This document shows, in pieces, positions 53,401 to 55,857 of a DNA stretch of 55,857 bases. The notes under the pieces are model-generated. The model saw only the letters and a program-made list of their open reading frames with translations. It was not told the DNA's origin and did not search any database. Origin of the DNA: Rotaria magnacalcarata (taxonomy: Eukaryota); assembly GCA_965140935.1 (NCBI GenBank), contig CBCSLL010000157.1, positions 105,559-161,415 on the forward strand, in the 5' to 3' direction. Each line of letters opens with the position of its first letter. Position 1 is the first letter of the stretch. The translations under genes and the position numbers were made by a program.

Positions 53401-54977
53401 AATTATCACAATTCAACCATTCTTTAGTTTTTTTTTTTAGAAAAATATGTTTCATAGTTTCAGATGAACGTGGTGACTTGACCTATCAGAAAATTCTGGT
53501 CTGGATATATGCGTCCAACGTTGAATTGGTCATGTGTATAGATATTAACACCTTGGTAACGACGTTTGATACTAGCAACTAAGCCGTCAGACAAACGTTG
53601 AAAAATAAAGACGTTTGTACGCGTAAAAAGCGAACGTTTTATGAAAACTATTTGTTTTTCGAAAAATAAAGGAAGTTGGTGAATGTTTACGTTACGGAAA
53701 TCGTCAGACTCGAAACAAGAAAACGCTTTTCACGCCGCTTGTTTGACTGGGTAATATAATGCCAGCTTGAATTTGCACTTGAAGCATCACATTATTATTT
53801 CGAATATTATGAATAGCTATCATCATTTAGCTCTCGTTTTGTAAAGAAAGAAGTGTTTTACGAGTTTTACTATCAACTAGACGAAATGATGTACTATGGA
53901 TATTCATATTCGTGTAGTCTTTTGAAGCTGTTAGCAACACAAAAGTTTGTTCAGTTTAGGATAAATATTGGTTGTAATCTTAAAAGGACGAGTATGGAAT
54001 CATATGTTTTTTCAGAAAGAAGAGAAATCAACGAAAGCATGACGATAAATCACTTTGATCGGCTGATGCAAACTATCTTATTGACAATGTTACTTATTTC
54101 TTTTTTGTATTATTGCTCTATTTCTCTCTCTCTTGACAATCTGGTTAGCGATCGATCATCTATCATTTTTGTGTTTTATTTAATTGTTACATTGTCATGA
54201 AAATAGGATTTGATAGTAAAATTTGAACATTCAAGAAAACTATTTTTCAATTTTCGCGTGTTCTTTGTGTTAGTTCATTCTCGGAGAGATAATGTACGGT
54301 TACGCAAATCGGCTGGGATGCTTTCAGTATCCTGTTTACAAAATGGAAATGCTTGATGAATTGTAGAAATTACGCGAATCCTTGTGGCAGACTTGCTGAA
54401 AGTTTTAAGCATATATCATCAAGGATTGAAATTATCTCAAATATATTTTCAAAATACTTTTTCTTAGGCAAAATTTTGTCTAGTAGCTTGATGAGGAAAC
54501 TTAGAGATTTTAGCTGTCTTCATACACTACATGAAAAAGTGGATAGTATTGATTTAATAAGTTCTATTCAACCATTAGCTAAGTTAACTAGAACAGGCAC
54601 TATCGGTTCGGATCATACTTTAACTATCTGAAACGATTTTTAAGCAATCAGCTGCACCCGATACTGTGTGATTTGCTGGAATTTTACCGATTCAAAAGCG
54701 ATTTACAACCGGCTGGGTTACAGCTGAATCCGACCGTTTTGTCTATGTCTTGTCGATTCTAACCCTGATTCCATGCATCGCGATTTGGAAAACTGACAAG
54801 TAATGCAAATGTAAAGAAATATTGAACGAGATTTGTTGCTCAACGAAACTTCTACGTAAAAACAATTCGAGTATTTTTACAGACCAATAGAAAATATCAG
54901 TTACCAGAAAGGTGCTTTATTTTCATAAATTAGAATAAACATAAAATGGAGGAGAACGAAGATCGACATGTGTATCC

Positions 54978-55090
54978 CAGGGGTCGCAACGGGCCGCCCG
55001 ACCCGGTGGACCGACCCGACACGGACCGTTGGTAAATATTCACCGGGCCGGGCGGGCCACGTATTTCTTCGGTCCACCCGGACCGGCTTG
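54978..55090. repeat. GC-rich (about 70% GC) imperfect palindromic island. The nested inverted repeats are gggccgcccgacccggtg/caccgggccgggcgggcc and ggtggaccg/cggtccacc.
   Basis: Stands out against roughly 30% GC surroundings. It overlaps a probably spurious ORF (55029..55358). Confidence 0.6.
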
Positions 55091-55598
55091 TTTTATTTTT
55101 TTTTCTTATGAATCGAACATAACTGGTGCGTCAGCATTAATGGCGGTCTCAATATTTCTTTATATTCCTTTCAGCTTTCATAGTTTCGGACTGACTTTTT
55201 TACCCAAAGATTCAGCCTTGAATGCTCTACAAAACCATAAAAAAAATGAATCACATGGAGATAGAAACAAAGTAATTATTGTAGTAATACTTCTAACAAG
55301 CATCGATATCAGCTTTAAAGAACTTGTATTCAAATTAATTTGCGTTTTTTCTTGCTAGTGAAACACTTTTAGAAAACTTCAAAGTAATATTTCTGATGCA
55401 ATGATGAGCGCACTATATAATGAAACATACGAAAGAATATTTAAACGAAAAAATATTGACAAAGCATCCAGTTTTTGGTCATCTAGTCTGCCTCTGGCAT
55501 ATTTCGGCATTTTATTTGAATCTAGTCGATAGGAAGTGATATTTCTGCAGAATTAATGTATAACTCCATGATATTCCATAGTGCCAGTCTGCAGAGAT

Positions 55599-55625
55599 GG
55601 GACCGGTTCGGTTCGGTTCGGTTCC
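55599..55625. repeat. Tandem pentamer (GGTTC)4 inside a short palindrome, gggaccggttcggttcggttcggttcc ... gggaaccg.
   Basis: Direct reading. Its periodicity resembles the ggaccgacccgac motif in the GC island 500 bp upstream, in inverse orientation. Confidence 0.6.
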
Positions 55626-55857
55626 AAATAGTGGGAACCGATTTTATCTAAATATATATTCTAATATATTTGTAAACCTATTCACTTAAAGTGAATGAAG
55701 AAAGTGTAGCACATATTCATGGCTTAACTATTTCATAAGTTTTCAGAGACGAGTAATAGTTTCGTTCATCATTCAGAATATACTTTTACAGACAAACTTT
55801 TAGTAGCAAGCGCTAATATATGAACAAATATTAATCGATTATTAATTTTCATTATTC

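Noticed and set aside
55029-55358. ORF overlapping the GC-rich palindrome. Nearby unassigned ORFs are 53853..54200 and 54353..54631.
   Set aside because: No homology was recognised. The first is driven by GC-rich repeat sequence. The others cannot be supported beyond ORF length, so they are not reported as genes.

Overview
This is an AT-rich eukaryotic nuclear segment, not prokaryotic. Genes are interrupted by very short GT-AG introns of about 45-75 bp. There is a tRNA-Tyr carrying an anticodon-adjacent intron, followed by a Pol III T-run terminator. Recognisable products are animal-type proteins: major vault protein, a TGF-beta family ligand, cathepsin L, a cholinesterase-like carboxylesterase and a USP deubiquitinase. 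The profile fits a metazoan with a compact genome. My guess is a rotifer-like invertebrate, but that is inference only. From the sequence and the ORF track I reconstructed five multi-exon genes by hand, with approximate exon coordinates: cathepsin L-like protease, type-B carboxylesterase, RidA/YjgF-like protein, major vault protein (9 exons) and a TGF-beta ligand. Three single-exon genes are supported: an EEP-family hydrolase, a 3-hydroxyacyl-CoA dehydrogenase and an 862-aa USP. Two loci are stop- and frameshift-disrupted: a TPR + ADP-ribosyltransferase (R-S-EXE toxin-type) gene, and a roughly 2.3-kb gene ending in a SAM domain. The otherwise intact MVP gene carries one in-frame TAA. The window is rich in short non-autonomous transposons. 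These include a hAT-like MITE with an 8-bp TSD, a MULE-like MITE with roughly 90-bp TIRs, a roughly 535-bp interspersed repeat present three times, and several foldback elements. It also has microsatellites, a GC-rich palindromic island and a roughly 4-kb ORF desert. There are no CRISPR arrays, rRNA genes or operon-like organisation. The most unusual content is the ART-toxin-domain/TPR locus, the two intronless enzyme genes that could be horizontally acquired, and the recurrence of premature stops in three separate genes.
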